NCBI GenBank assembly: GCA_964477865.1
Contig: CAYZEV010000006.1
Span: 734 to 64,733, forward strand
Source of the DNA: an uncultured Methanomassiliicoccaceae archaeon
GTDB lineage: Archaea > Thermoplasmatota > Thermoplasmata > Methanomassiliicoccales > Methanomassiliicoccaceae
Direction of reading: 5' to 3'
DNA length: 64,000 nucleotides
Shown: positions 1 through 9,722 of the stretch, piece by piece
How the letters are laid out: the number at the start of each line of letters is the position of its first letter
Position numbering within the stretch: position 1 is the stretch's first letter
Position numbers and translations under genes: made by a program
Notes under the pieces: generated by a model
Seen by the model: only the letters and a program-made list of their open reading frames with translations
Database searches by the model: none
What the model was told of the DNA's origin: nothing

Positions 1-854
1 TAAACAGCAATCTGGCGGAGGCCTGCGCGAACCTGGGGATCGGCCTAGGGGTCGGCAGCCAACGGGCCGCCCTGGAGAAGGGCGATCGCAAGAGCTACGA
101 GGTCATCAAGGAGTTCGACGTGCCGCTGAAGGTCGGCAACATCGGCGCTCCCCAGCTCATCTCACAGAAGCGCAAGCGGGCCTTCGGTCCGGAGGACGCC
201 CGGGAGGCCATGGAAATGATCGACGCGGACCTCTTGGCCATCCATCTGAACTTCCTGCAGGAGATAGCCCAGCCGGAAGGGGACACCAGGGCCAAGGGCT
301 GCTACGACGGCATACGGTCGCTGTCTCGCGAGCTGCCCGTCATCGTCAAGGAGACCGGGGCGGGGATCTCCCGCCGGGTGGCCCAGCGCCTCAAGGGCAT
401 CGGGGTGCGCGGCCTGGACGTCTCCGGGACGGGCGGCACCAGCTTCGCCAAGGTGGAGAGCCGGCGGGCCAAGAACCTGGGGGACCAGCGGTGCGAGTTT
501 ATCGGCGAGACATTCGGGGAGTGGGGCATACCGGCCCCCGTCTCCGTGCTGTGGGCCGATGTGGGTCTGCCGATCATCGCCAGCGGCGGCATCGTCAACG
601 GCCTCCAGGCCGCCAAGAGCATCGTGGTGGGCGCCGATTGCGCCGGGACCGCCAGGGCCGTCCTCAAGGAAGCGATGGAATCATCGAAGGCGGTGGAGGA
701 GCGCCTCGGCCGGATGATCGAGGAGCTCAAGATCGCCATGTTCCTGACCGGAGCGGCCAACGTGCGGGAGCTGGGGACCAGAGATCACATTATCACCGGT
801 GCCACCCGGGAGTGGGCCGGATTCGACCAGGAGGGCGGGCAATGGAAATCCTAA
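1..854 (+). CDS. fni: Type 2 (FMN-dependent) isopentenyl-diphosphate delta-isomerase, 5' end outside window
   Basis: The frame is open from the window edge (..GVGSQRAALEKG.. precedes listed ORF 120..854). Motifs KETGAGIS, SGTGGTSF and ASGGI fit IDI-2 TIM-barrel enzymes. Stop TAA 852-854 overlaps the next start. Confidence 0.85.
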   Translation, partial: NSNLAEACANLGIGLGVGSQRAALEKGDRKSYEVIKEFDVPLKVGNIGAPQLISQKRKRAFGPEDAREAMEMIDADLLAIHLNFLQEIAQPEGDTRAKGCYDGIRSLSRELPVIVKETGAGISRRVAQRLKGIGVRGLDVSGTGGTSFAKVESRRAKNLGDQRCEFIGETFGEWGIPAPVSVLWADVGLPIIASGGIVNGLQAAKSIVVGADCAGTARAVLKEAMESSKAVEERLGRMIEELKIAMFLTGAANVRELGTRDHIITGATREWAGFDQEGGQWKS

Positions 855-1837
855 AGGAAATCACCAAGCGGGCTAAAGTGATGGACGGGCAGGTCATGTC
901 GTACCTCGAGGGGGACGACGACAAGAAGCTGATGATGGCCGTCAGGCACTATCCGAGCGCGGGCGGAAAACGCCTTCGGCCGGTCCTGGCGGAGGTCGTG
1001 GCTCAGGCAGTGGGGAAGGCCGGAGAGCGGGCCATACCGTTCGCCTGCTCGCTGGAGATCATCCACAACTTCACCCTGGTCCACGACGACGTCATGGACA
1101 ACGATTCGATGCGGCGGGGACGGCCGGCGGTGCACGTGCTGTTCGACGTGCCCACCGCCATCATCGCCGGCGATGCCCTGTTCGCCCGCGCTTTCGAGAT
1201 ATTATCCGAGGTCGATGTGCCGCCCCTGCACATGAAGCGCCTCCTCAAGATCACCGCCCACACCGTGTGGCTGATCGCCGAAGGGCAGCAGGAGGACATG
1301 GATTTCGAGAAGATCCCCGCCGCCCAGCTGGCCATGGACGACTACATGAAAATGATCTACAAGAAGACCGCCGTGCTGTTCGAGTGTGCGGCGGAGGGCG
1401 GGGCGCTCATCGGCGGCGGGACCGAGGAGCAGATCACCAGCATGAAGGAGTACGCCCGCCTGCTGGGCATGGGCTTCCAGGTCTGGGACGACATCCTGGC
1501 CCTCACCGGCGACGAGAAGAAGCTGGGTAAGCCGGTCGGCAACGACATCCGCAACGGCAAGCGCACCCTCATCGTGCTCCACGCCCTGCACAGCCTCGAT
1601 GAGGCGGACCCCCGGCGCCGGACCCTGCTGAAGGCGCTGGGCAACGCCAAGGCCACTCCCGAGGAGATAGGGGCGGCCATCAGGGCCCTGCAGGACTGCG
1701 GGGCCATCGATCACGCCCGCCGCACCGCCGCGGCCTACGCCGATCAGGCCAAGAAGGAGCTGGAGTGCCTGCCGCCCAGCAAGGAGAGGGAGTTCCTCGA
1801 CGGCCTGATGGACTTCGCGGTGGGCCGGGTCACTTAA
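842..1837 (+). CDS. idsA: Geranylgeranyl diphosphate synthase (trans-prenyl diphosphate synthase)
   Basis: ATG at 842 lies inside track frame 491..1837; the upstream part is an Arg/Gly-rich overlap with fni. Two Asp-rich motifs are present: LVHDDVMDND and QVWDDILAL. Confidence 0.85.
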   Translation: MEILKEITKRAKVMDGQVMSYLEGDDDKKLMMAVRHYPSAGGKRLRPVLAEVVAQAVGKAGERAIPFACSLEIIHNFTLVHDDVMDNDSMRRGRPAVHVLFDVPTAIIAGDALFARAFEILSEVDVPPLHMKRLLKITAHTVWLIAEGQQEDMDFEKIPAAQLAMDDYMKMIYKKTAVLFECAAEGGALIGGGTEEQITSMKEYARLLGMGFQVWDDILALTGDEKKLGKPVGNDIRNGKRTLIVLHALHSLDEADPRRRTLLKALGNAKATPEEIGAAIRALQDCGAIDHARRTAAAYADQAKKELECLPPSKEREFLDGLMDFAVGRVT

Positions 1838-2505
1838 CAGCTGATGCCGGTGCCGGTGAGCTTGAACTCCGCCACCAGGCCCTCGGGCAGATGGCGGGCC
1901 TTCATCAGCACCGCCCGCCTCAATCCCCCGGACCCCGCCTTGTCGACGCGCATGATCAGCTTGGCGTTGTGATGCAGGGCGTGCCCTCCCAGCGCTTCGA
2001 ACGTGCCCGTCTCCACGTCGGTATAGACCTGGGAGGTGACCACCACGGGGATGGACTTCTCCCGGGCCAGGTTGGTCAGCTTGGTCGACTGGCCGGCCAA
2101 CGATTTTCTCTCCCCGCGGTCCTCCTCCCGGCTGGTCAACCGGTAGTGCATCGATATGGAGTCTATGATGACCATGCCCACGTCCACGGTGCTCTGGGCC
2201 AGCTTGATGGTCTTGTCCACCATCCGCTCCTGCTCATCGAAGCTGCTGATGGCCGAGAACAGGATGTTCTTGGCCACCCCCTCGAAATCGGGACCGGCCA
2301 CCTGGCGCAACCGGTCCATCGACACGCCCTCGGTGTCCAGGTAGATCACCTTCTTTCCCGCCCGGGCCACGTCCTTGGCCAGCAGGAGGCAGAGGGTGGT
2401 CTTGCCGGTGCCGGCCTCACCGTAGAGCATGGTGACGCAACCGGCCTCCACGCCGCCTTCCAGCATGGCGTCGAGGCTCCCGCAGCCGAAGGGCAGCTTG
2501 TCCAT
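1834..2505 (-). CDS. radB: DNA repair/recombination protein RadB (short RecA-family ATPase)
   Basis: 223 aa with Walker A GEAGTGKTT and Walker B-like VIIDSI. It has no N-terminal HhH domain, unlike RadA at 52.3 kb. Confidence 0.8.
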   Translation of the reverse strand: MDKLPFGCGSLDAMLEGGVEAGCVTMLYGEAGTGKTTLCLLLAKDVARAGKKVIYLDTEGVSMDRLRQVAGPDFEGVAKNILFSAISSFDEQERMVDKTIKLAQSTVDVGMVIIDSISMHYRLTSREEDRGERKSLAGQSTKLTNLAREKSIPVVVTSQVYTDVETGTFEALGGHALHHNAKLIMRVDKAGSGGLRRAVLMKARHLPEGLVAEFKLTGTGISC

Positions 2506-2522
2506 GGGAATTTAAAACGAGT

Positions 2523-3800
2523 TCAATTATGATAATCTTTCTCTTCCTGCCCAGGGAGCGGACAGACCGCCTCCCGCTCATAGATCCTGAACTTCAGAAT
2601 GACCACCCCGCTCAAGGTCAGCAGGAGGGCGAGCAGGAGGAAGGCCGCGTCGTAGGACCCCGTCATCAGCACCACCAGACCTACTAGGATGGGGCCCAGC
2701 GCCCCCAGGCCGTTGGAGATCCCGTTCTCTATCCCCGTGGCCGAGCAGGTCAGCCGGGAAGTGCAGCAGCCTTGCAGCAGCGTCGCCACGTTCGGCCCCA
2801 CCAGCGCTATGAAGAAGAACTCGGCGCCCAGGGCGGCGATGGTCTCCCACTTGCCGATCAAAGGGATCATCAGGACGAAGACCGCGGACCCGGCCAGGCA
2901 GAACAGGCCGGTGACCCTTGACCGATTGCCGGTGCGGTCGCTCAGGGTCGAACCGATGATCAGGCCGGCGATGTAACCGATATAGGGGAGCGCAGCCGCC
3001 CAGATCAGCTCATCCCGGGAGAAGCCCCGGGCCATCACCAGAAAGGTCGGCAGCCACAGCGAAAGCCCCCAGAACACGATCGATTCCAGGGCATGGCCCA
3101 GGGTGAGGACGAACAGCCCCTTGACCCGGGCGGCCTGCTTCAGGTTGTCGAAGGTGAACCGCAGATTGGCGCCCAGGGTCTTCTGCTCGCAAACGGGCGG
3201 TCCTCGGGGAGAGTCCCGAAGCCAGAGGACCATCGGCACCAGCAGGGCGAACCCCAGGGCCGCCAGCACCACGAACATGATGTTCCAGGAGGTGACCAGG
3301 ATGAGCGGGATCAGCAGGAGCGGGGACAGGATGTTGGCCAGGGCGATGGCGCCGTAGTACAATGCGTTCATCCGGGACCGCGTCTCGGGAGGGAACCAGG
3401 CCTGGGTGATCTTCCCCGCCGAGGGGAACACCACCCCCTGGGCCACCCCCAGGGAGGTCCTCAGCAGGACGAAGGCCGCGTAGTACATGCCCACCAGGCC
3501 GGTCAATAGGGTCAGCAGGGACCACACCGCCACGGCGATGAGCAACCCTTTCCTCGGACCGTAGCAGTCGGCCAGCGGGCTGATGAACACGTTTGACAGC
3601 CCGTAGCCGACCAGGAAGATGCCCAGCAGCACGCCGCCCAGCCCGCCCAGTTGCTCGGCGGACCAGCCGAAATCGGTGGCGATGAACGGCAGGGCCACGG
3701 AGAGCGATACCCGGGCCAGGTAGGCCGAGAGGACCGTCAGGAACAGGATCGCCGCGATCTTGACCTCCTGCCGCTGCCGATCGGTCCGTTCCCGCACCAT
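2523..3800 (-). CDS. MFS transporter
   Basis: 425 aa, about 12 hydrophobic helices, two-halves architecture, basic loop after TM2. Confidence 0.75.
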   Translation of the reverse strand: MVRERTDRQRQEVKIAAILFLTVLSAYLARVSLSVALPFIATDFGWSAEQLGGLGGVLLGIFLVGYGLSNVFISPLADCYGPRKGLLIAVAVWSLLTLLTGLVGMYYAAFVLLRTSLGVAQGVVFPSAGKITQAWFPPETRSRMNALYYGAIALANILSPLLLIPLILVTSWNIMFVVLAALGFALLVPMVLWLRDSPRGPPVCEQKTLGANLRFTFDNLKQAARVKGLFVLTLGHALESIVFWGLSLWLPTFLVMARGFSRDELIWAAALPYIGYIAGLIIGSTLSDRTGNRSRVTGLFCLAGSAVFVLMIPLIGKWETIAALGAEFFFIALVGPNVATLLQGCCTSRLTCSATGIENGISNGLGALGPILVGLVVLMTGSYDAAFLLLALLLTLSGVVILKFRIYEREAVCPLPGQEEKDYHN

Positions 3801-3898
3801 TGCTCTGATTTACGCCAGCGACGCGGTTATTACTTTTTCTGAGCGCAGCCTACGGTTAGCCGCAACCGATTGCTAGGGGCGAGCGACTTCGACGGGGC

Positions 3899-5713
3899 AT
3901 GGAAGCCTGTGAGGTACATCTAGGGATCGAGGAGGGGCAGGCCTCGGGCCTGTTCCCCCACCGGGTGGTCCGCGGGGGACAGGAGAGGTTCCTCGAGGAC
4001 GCCCGGATGTGCATGACCCAAAGAACGCATCTGCTGGCCCACGCCCCCACCGGGCTGGGCAAGACCGCGGTGGCTCTCACCGCCGCGGTGGAGACGGCCC
4101 TGGCCTCCGGCGGGGTGGTGCTCTTCCTGACCTCCCGACAGGCGCAGCATGCCATCGCCATCGAGACGCTGCGGGGCATCTGGAAGAAGAGCCGGATAGG
4201 GGTGGTCGATCTCATCGCCCGGGAGGACATGTGCCTAGCGCTGCGGGAAGGGCGGAGAGCGCCGTGCGCCGAAGGTCGTCAGTGCTTCTTCTCCCGGGAC
4301 CCCGAGGGTTCGCAGTCCCTTCTCCTCGACTATCCCCTCCATACGCAGGAGGGCATGCGACTGTGCCTGCGGGCCGGCCTGTGCCCCCACCGGGTGGCGC
4401 TGCGGGCCGCGGCCGACGCCACGGTCATCGTGGGGGACTATAACCAGATGTTCGGGCGCGGGCCCAATCTGCTGCAGCGACTGGGGCGGAAGGAGGGAGA
4501 GGCCATCGTCATCGTGGACGAGGCCCACAATCTGCCCCACCGGGTGATGGACGGGGGCAGCGGCTCCCTGACCGCCGCGGTGATCCAGAGGGCCCGGGCG
4601 TCCCCGTCGCTTAAGCACTTCGCCGAGGACCTGGACCTCCTCGCCGACATTTTCTCCCGCATGGCCAGAGCACGCCCGGAGCGGGTGGCGGCGGAGGACC
4701 TGGACGGGCCGTTGAAGCGGGCCTGTGGCGTCGACCTCGGAGGTCTGGCCGAGGAGATCGAGGCCGCCTCCAAGGGGGCGGACCTGGGCGGCCTGGTCGA
4801 TTTCCTGTATGCCTGGAGCGCCCCGAAGGGGACCACTGTGCGCTACCTCGACGGGGACCCCGCCCGCCTGGTGGTCAGCCTGGTCGACCCGTCCCCGGTG
4901 ACCGCTCCGGTACTGGCCAGGGTTCGCTGCGCGCTGATCATGAGCGGCACCCTCCACCCGCCGGAGATGTTCGCCGAGGTGCTGGGAGCGGAGGGGGCGC
5001 TGTGCCGCCGCTATCCTTCGCCCTTTCCCTCGGAGAACCGGCTGGTGCTCGCGTCCGGCGGGGTGTCCTCCCGCTTCCGCCTGCGGACCCCGGCGATGTA
5101 CGGCGCGGTGGCCCGGGAGGTGGCCCGCTGCGCCGATAGCGTGCCCGGCAACGTGGCGGTGTTCTTCCCCTCCTATGATTTTCTCGGAAAGGTGGAGATG
5201 CTGCTCGGACCGAACATCCGCGATCGCCGACTGGTCGTCGAGCGGAGGGAACATGGCAAGAACGAACGGGACGCCGTGCTCTGCCAGCTGCGGGAGGGGC
5301 GGAACCTCCTGCTGGGAGCGGTCGGCGGCTCCCTTTCGGAAGGGGTGGACTACCGCGATAATCTGTTGAGCATGGTCATCGTGGTCGGCCTGCCGCTGTC
5401 GCCGCCCTCCCGGGAGATGGACGGGATGCTCGACCGCATGGAGAAGCGGTTCGGGCCGAGGAAGGCGAACCTCTACGTGCAGGTGTATCCGGCCGTCTCC
5501 AAGGTGCTGCAGGCCGCCGGGCGGGCCATAAGGAGCGAGAAGGACCGGGCGGCGGTGATGCTGTTGGACGACCGCTATCTGCTGTCGGCGGTGCGGGCCT
5601 CGTTCCCCGACGACTTCGAGATCGAGCGGGGCGGGGACATCGAGCAGAGGCTCGAAGAGTTCTTCTCCCCGCCGATGGAGAGCGAACACGAGGTGGCGGA
5701 TGAAAAACCCTGA
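3899..5713 (+). CDS. xpd: XPD/Rad3-type (DinG family) ATP-dependent DNA helicase
   Basis: Walker A HAPTGLGKT and DEAH box DEAHNL. Four Cys lie between them (CLALREGRRAPCAEGRQC..C), consistent with an FeS domain. Motif VI is QAAGRAIR. Confidence 0.8.
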   Translation: MEACEVHLGIEEGQASGLFPHRVVRGGQERFLEDARMCMTQRTHLLAHAPTGLGKTAVALTAAVETALASGGVVLFLTSRQAQHAIAIETLRGIWKKSRIGVVDLIAREDMCLALREGRRAPCAEGRQCFFSRDPEGSQSLLLDYPLHTQEGMRLCLRAGLCPHRVALRAAADATVIVGDYNQMFGRGPNLLQRLGRKEGEAIVIVDEAHNLPHRVMDGGSGSLTAAVIQRARASPSLKHFAEDLDLLADIFSRMARARPERVAAEDLDGPLKRACGVDLGGLAEEIEAASKGADLGGLVDFLYAWSAPKGTTVRYLDGDPARLVVSLVDPSPVTAPVLARVRCALIMSGTLHPPEMFAEVLGAEGALCRRYPSPFPSENRLVLASGGVSSRFRLRTPAMYGAVAREVARCADSVPGNVAVFFPSYDFLGKVEMLLGPNIRDRRLVVERREHGKNERDAVLCQLREGRNLLLGAVGGSLSEGVDYRDNLLSMVIVVGLPLSPPSREMDGMLDRMEKRFGPRKANLYVQVYPAVSKVLQAAGRAIRSEKDRAAVMLLDDRYLLSAVRASFPDDFEIERGGDIEQRLEEFFSPPMESEHEVADEKP

Positions 5714-6362
5714 AAAGATTATTAGGCCGGCCGCGCTTCGCCCGTTCGTGGCAGTGATACGCAGGGGCGCGGAGGCCGAGATACGGTCCGGAACATGGAT
5801 GGGCCGGGACGTCGTGGTCAAGAGCCGGGTGCCCAAGAACTATCGGCACCCGGACCTGGACCGCGTTCTCCGGGTCAACCGCACCCGCAACGAGGCGCGC
5901 CTGATCCACGAGGCCCGCGAGCACGGGGTGCCTACACCGATCATCTATGACATTGACATGGTCAACGCCGAGATCACCATGGAAGAGGTGAAGGGTCCGC
6001 GGGTCAAGGACGAGCTGGACCGGGGCGACCCGGAAGCGGTGGACGCGCTATGCAAGGAGATCGGGCGGCTGATCGGCCTGCTGCACGGGGCGGGCATCGT
6101 GCACGGCGACCTGACCACCTCCAACATGATCATGAGCGAAGGAAGGATGTGGTTCATCGACTTCTCCTTGGGTTCGAGATGCGCCATGGCCGAGGAGATG
6201 GGCGTGGACATCCATCTGCTCAAGGAAGCGTTCCAGTCCGCTCACTCCACCCTCATCGATAAGTTCCCCCTGATCCTCGGATCCTACCGCCTGCACTTCC
6301 CCCGGGCCGAGGAGGCCATCAAGAAGATGAAGGAGATCGAGGGCCGGGGGAGATACACCTGA
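5700..6362 (+). CDS. bud32: Kae1-associated Ser/Thr kinase Bud32 (KEOPS subunit)
   Basis: 220 aa with GAEAEI.., VVVKSRVPKNYRHPDLD and catalytic loop HGDLTTSNMI. It overlaps the xpd stop by 14 nt. Confidence 0.8.
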   Translation: MKNPEKIIRPAALRPFVAVIRRGAEAEIRSGTWMGRDVVVKSRVPKNYRHPDLDRVLRVNRTRNEARLIHEAREHGVPTPIIYDIDMVNAEITMEEVKGPRVKDELDRGDPEAVDALCKEIGRLIGLLHGAGIVHGDLTTSNMIMSEGRMWFIDFSLGSRCAMAEEMGVDIHLLKEAFQSAHSTLIDKFPLILGSYRLHFPRAEEAIKKMKEIEGRGRYT

Positions 6363-6370
6363 AGATCCAG

Positions 6371-6928
6371 GTGGTCACCTCGAACCAGGGCAAGCTCCGG
6401 GAGTTCCGCTCGGCCCTCTCGCCGCTGGGTCATGAGGTAGAGCATTCCTCGGAGGACTGCGACGAGATCCAGGCCGACACCCTGCAGGAGGTGGTGCTCT
6501 CCTGCCTGCGGCAGCTCCGGGAGAAGGGCCTGAAGGACTTCGTCATCGACGATTCCGGCCTTTTCGTCCACGCGCTGAAAGGTTTCCCCGGCGTCTATTC
6601 CTCCTACGCGCTGAGGACCATCGGGCTGGACGGGGTGCTCCGCCTGCTCGACGACGCGGATGACCGCTCCGCCCATTTCGAGTGCTGCATCGGCGCTTCC
6701 ATCGGCGGCGAGGAGTTCACCGTCACCGGGCGTTGCGACGGTGCCCTGGCGCTGCTGCCGTCGGGGGCCGACGGCTTCGGCTTCGATCCCCTGTTCGTGC
6801 CTTCTGGCTACTCCCAGACCTTCGCCGAAATATCAATAGGGGAGAAGAATCGTATCTCCCACCGGGGGAAGGCCGTCCAAGCCTTCTCTGCGGAACTAAG
6901 GAGAAGGTTCGATGAGGCTCAAAGATAG
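6371..6928 (+). CDS. Non-canonical purine NTP pyrophosphatase (RdgB/HAM1 family)
   Basis: Motifs VTSNQGKLREF, FGFDPLF and NRISHRGKA. GTG start; the true start is uncertain because ..LKIQVV.. is in frame upstream without a canonical start. Confidence 0.8.
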   Translation: MVTSNQGKLREFRSALSPLGHEVEHSSEDCDEIQADTLQEVVLSCLRQLREKGLKDFVIDDSGLFVHALKGFPGVYSSYALRTIGLDGVLRLLDDADDRSAHFECCIGASIGGEEFTVTGRCDGALALLPSGADGFGFDPLFVPSGYSQTFAEISIGEKNRISHRGKAVQAFSAELRRRFDEAQR

Positions 6929-7868
6929 GAAGATTTTGGTCACGGGATGTGCCGGCTTCATAGCCAGCCATCTGGCCGAGGAGCTGTTGGCCCGCGGCAA
7001 CCGCGTGGTGGGTCTGGATAACTTTTCCGCGGGTAAGCGGGAGTTCATGGCCGGCATGCTCGGGAACGAGAACTTCGAGTTCATCGAAGGGGACCTCCTC
7101 ACCATGGACCTGGCCCCGGCGCTCCGGGACGTGGAGGTGGTCTGCCACCTGGCCGCCAATCCCGACGTGCGGCTGGGGGCCAAGAACACCCGGGTGCACT
7201 TCGAGCAGAACATCGAGGTCACCTACCGGCTCCTGGAGGCGGGGAAGGACAACGGGGTCAAGGACCTCATGTTCCCGTCCACCTCCACCATCTACGGCGA
7301 GACGGAGGTCATCCCGACCCCGGAGGACTACGGGCCGCTCATCCCCATATCGATCTACGGAGCGTCGAAGCTCGCCTGCGAGGCGCTCATATCCTCGTAC
7401 TGCCACACCTTCGACCAGAACGCGGTCCTGTACCGCTTCGCCAACGTGGTGGGCACCAGGTCGACGCACAACGTGCTCCATGACTTCATCCGTAAGCTGA
7501 GGGAGGACCCCCAGCACCTGGAGATCCTGGGGGCCGAGCCGGGGACCACCAAATCTTACGTCCATGTCAAGGACTGCGTCAGAGGGATGGTCGCCGGCGC
7601 GGAGGCGGCCGAGGAGCAGGTGGAGATCTACAACATCGGTTCCCGGGACATGATGACGGTCAAGGACATCGCCGACATCGTGGTCGAGGAGATGCGCCTC
7701 CCGAACGTGGAGTACCAGTGGACCGGCGGCGTGAAGGGCGGCCGGGGCTGGGTCGGGGACGTCAAGAAGATGCTGCTGGCCGTCGATAAGTTGGAGGCCC
7801 GCGGCTGGTCCCCCCGTCTGAACAGCAGAGAGGCCATCCGCCAGGCGGTACAGGAGATCCTAGTCTAG
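6912..7868 (+). CDS. NAD-dependent sugar epimerase/dehydratase (SDR)
   Basis: Rossmann motif VTGCAGFIASHL and catalytic YGASK (Y-x3-K); 318 aa. Confidence 0.8.
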   Translation: MRLKDRKILVTGCAGFIASHLAEELLARGNRVVGLDNFSAGKREFMAGMLGNENFEFIEGDLLTMDLAPALRDVEVVCHLAANPDVRLGAKNTRVHFEQNIEVTYRLLEAGKDNGVKDLMFPSTSTIYGETEVIPTPEDYGPLIPISIYGASKLACEALISSYCHTFDQNAVLYRFANVVGTRSTHNVLHDFIRKLREDPQHLEILGAEPGTTKSYVHVKDCVRGMVAGAEAAEEQVEIYNIGSRDMMTVKDIADIVVEEMRLPNVEYQWTGGVKGGRGWVGDVKKMLLAVDKLEARGWSPRLNSREAIRQAVQEILV

Positions 7869-9019
7869 AACAGGCCTAGGACGTTGGTGGACCCGGTGAC
7901 GCCGGTCGCGTCGATGGGGTCCAGGTAGCTCGATTGGATGGTCCAGTTCCCGGCGGCGGAGGTCGGTTCCGATTTCGCAGGTATGCCCCCGGCGTACGGG
8001 AACCCGGTGGTATCGATGACCAGCCAGTACCCGTTCTCATCGACCAGGTAGGCCATCTTGAAGGCGGCCGCGTCCATTCCGTAATAGGTGGCCAGGGCTT
8101 GTTGAACCTTCATCAGGTCGGTGTAGGTGGAAGCGACGAAGACCGTGGGGAAGGCGTGCTCCTCGATCAGGTTCACCCGGGCGCTGCCGCCCAGGGCGCC
8201 GATTATGCTCGCCATCAGGATGGCATGGTCCTCGCAATCGCCCGTTCTCAGGTCCAAGGTCTCCTGGGCACTCTGCCAGTAATCGCCCGAGGGATCAGCG
8301 AGGTATTCCACGTTCTGCTCCACCCAGGTGAACGCTTCGGCGATCTGCAGGACGCTGTAGCTCCCGGGATACTTCGCCTTGATGAGGTTGGCCGCGCCGG
8401 AGGCGTCGCTGTAGCTGATCCTTTCGTTGATCCGGTTGTAGTAGGCAGGAACGTTGAGGTCGGTGACGTAATCGACCGTTTGGCCCAAACCGCTGACCTG
8501 GGCCTCGTTAGTGGTACTGGCCAGCTCCCCTACATCATTCCAGGCAATTCCATTGGAGACGGCCGCCTTGATCACCAGCGTGTACTCCCGATTCCCCGCG
8601 TTAGGCGCCCCGAAGATAAGCAGCCCCAGATCCGCCCGTTGGTTGTGGCCGATGGTGACACTGCAATTGCGGAAATAGGAGCCGCCGGAGGTCCATTCCA
8701 AACCGAACGCATAGACATACAGCTTTCCGGGGTTGTTGTTCTGAACGGCGAGGTCCAGCGCTCCGCCGTAGCCGGCATAGATGTCCTCGGTGATGTTCCA
8801 ATAGAGATTGATGTCGTCATGCGCGGGGACCGCGGAGGTCAGCGGCGTGGGCAGGGAGTTGTTGATGGCCTGGGCATTGCCTATGGCGGGTTTGTTAAGT
8901 TTGGTCGTATCGAACCCAATGGCGGCGCTGTTCTTCGACAGCACTGCGATGTAGAACCCCGCCCCGACCAGGATGGCCGTGAGAACAATGACGGCGGCGA
9001 TGACCCCTGCCTTACTCAT
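7865..9019 (-). CDS. Membrane-anchored transglutaminase-like (cysteine protease fold) protein
   Basis: N-terminal TM helix (VIAAVIVLTAILVGAGFYIAVL). The C-terminal core TGDCEDHAILMASIIGALG is typical of transglutaminase-like domains. Confidence 0.65.
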   Translation of the reverse strand: MSKAGVIAAVIVLTAILVGAGFYIAVLSKNSAAIGFDTTKLNKPAIGNAQAINNSLPTPLTSAVPAHDDINLYWNITEDIYAGYGGALDLAVQNNNPGKLYVYAFGLEWTSGGSYFRNCSVTIGHNQRADLGLLIFGAPNAGNREYTLVIKAAVSNGIAWNDVGELASTTNEAQVSGLGQTVDYVTDLNVPAYYNRINERISYSDASGAANLIKAKYPGSYSVLQIAEAFTWVEQNVEYLADPSGDYWQSAQETLDLRTGDCEDHAILMASIIGALGGSARVNLIEEHAFPTVFVASTYTDLMKVQQALATYYGMDAAAFKMAYLVDENGYWLVIDTTGFPYAGGIPAKSEPTSAAGNWTIQSSYLDPIDATGVTGSTNVLGLF

Positions 9020-9135
9020 CTCGCTGTCATGGCCGACCTAGCTAAAAAGAATTCCCAATTCGATATCAATAATGCTGGCCCGATCGATGGCAAGAGATAA
9101 GCTTTATTGATGAGGTCGCCTTACACCGGTAGCAC

Positions 9136-9213
9136 GGGTCTGTGGGGTAGCTTGGTCCATCCTTGGGGCTTTGGGAGCCTTAGACCCCGATTCAAATTCG
9201 GGCAGACCCACCA
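9136..9213 (+). tRNA. tRNA-Pro (anticodon UGG), CCA encoded
   Basis: A cloverleaf can be drawn. Acceptor GGGTCTG/CAGACCC; anticodon stem GGGGC/GCCTT with loop TTTGGGA; T arm CCCGA-TTCAAAT-TCGGG; discriminator A followed by CCA. A TATA-like ctttattga lies about 30 nt upstream. Confidence 0.85.
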
Positions 9214-9528
9214 CTAATTATATCCAGTCATCTCAAATTTCTTGTCAATAGAGGGGGTGTCGGACACTATTACCGGCGTCTCCCTCCAAAGGTCCTTTAA
9301 CTTCTTGCTGGCGACGCACCGTTCTATCTTGTTGTAGAACTTGTGCGTCGTGTTCGGACTCTCGTGCCTCAATTGGGCTGACATAGCTCCGAGGCGGCTA
9401 AGGTCACCGTTGATGGTGATTGTGGTCAAAGTCGAGCGGAAGTCCTTGAGCTTGAACTCCACGCCCGATGCCTTCACGACCTTCTCCTTCTGATAATCAT
9501 TTGTATTCGATCCGAACACCTTGATCTC
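9214..9528 (-). pseudogene. Tyrosine recombinase (integrase) relic, C-terminal catalytic end only
   Basis: ..FKLKDFRSTLTT..LGAMSAQLRHESPNTTHKFYNKIE.. matches the HxxR / LGH..tT..Y end of tyrosine integrases. An in-frame stop lies at 9529-9531 and there is no N-terminal part. Stop TAG abuts the tRNA 3' end. Confidence 0.6.
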
Positions 9529-9722
9529 TCACAGCTGATCGAACCCCCGGAAGGGAGAGTTAAAGAAGGTCGCCAGGCGTCCGTGACCGAGGCCGGGAGG
9601 AAGCTTTGGGAGGCGGGTTGGCAGGTCGCCGGCACCGTAACGAAGGGTTCATTGATGCGGGAATAATGAGCTGTGCACTCTAGTTCGATCAATAAAGTTG
9701 GATAGAGGTTTCCTTTTGATGC

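Noticed and set aside
491-841. N-terminal extension of the GGPP synthase frame (track ORF 491..1837). A similar extension is 29638..30000 ahead of the peroxiredoxin.
   Set aside because: The extensions are Arg/Gly-rich, overlap the well-supported upstream genes (fni and the SSS transporter) in another frame, and an internal ATG gives a protein of canonical length.
4235-5836. A 533-aa ORF antisense to the XPD helicase. Similar long antisense or alternative-frame ORFs include 6723..7565(-), 7934..9100(+), 40013..41374(-), 42667..43386(+), 52236..53129(-), 53448..54263(-) and 58664..59644(+).
   Set aside because: Their compositions are Arg/Pro/Gly/His-rich with no recognisable motifs, and each overlaps a gene with clear family signatures. 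They are typical stop-poor shadow frames of roughly 60% GC coding DNA.
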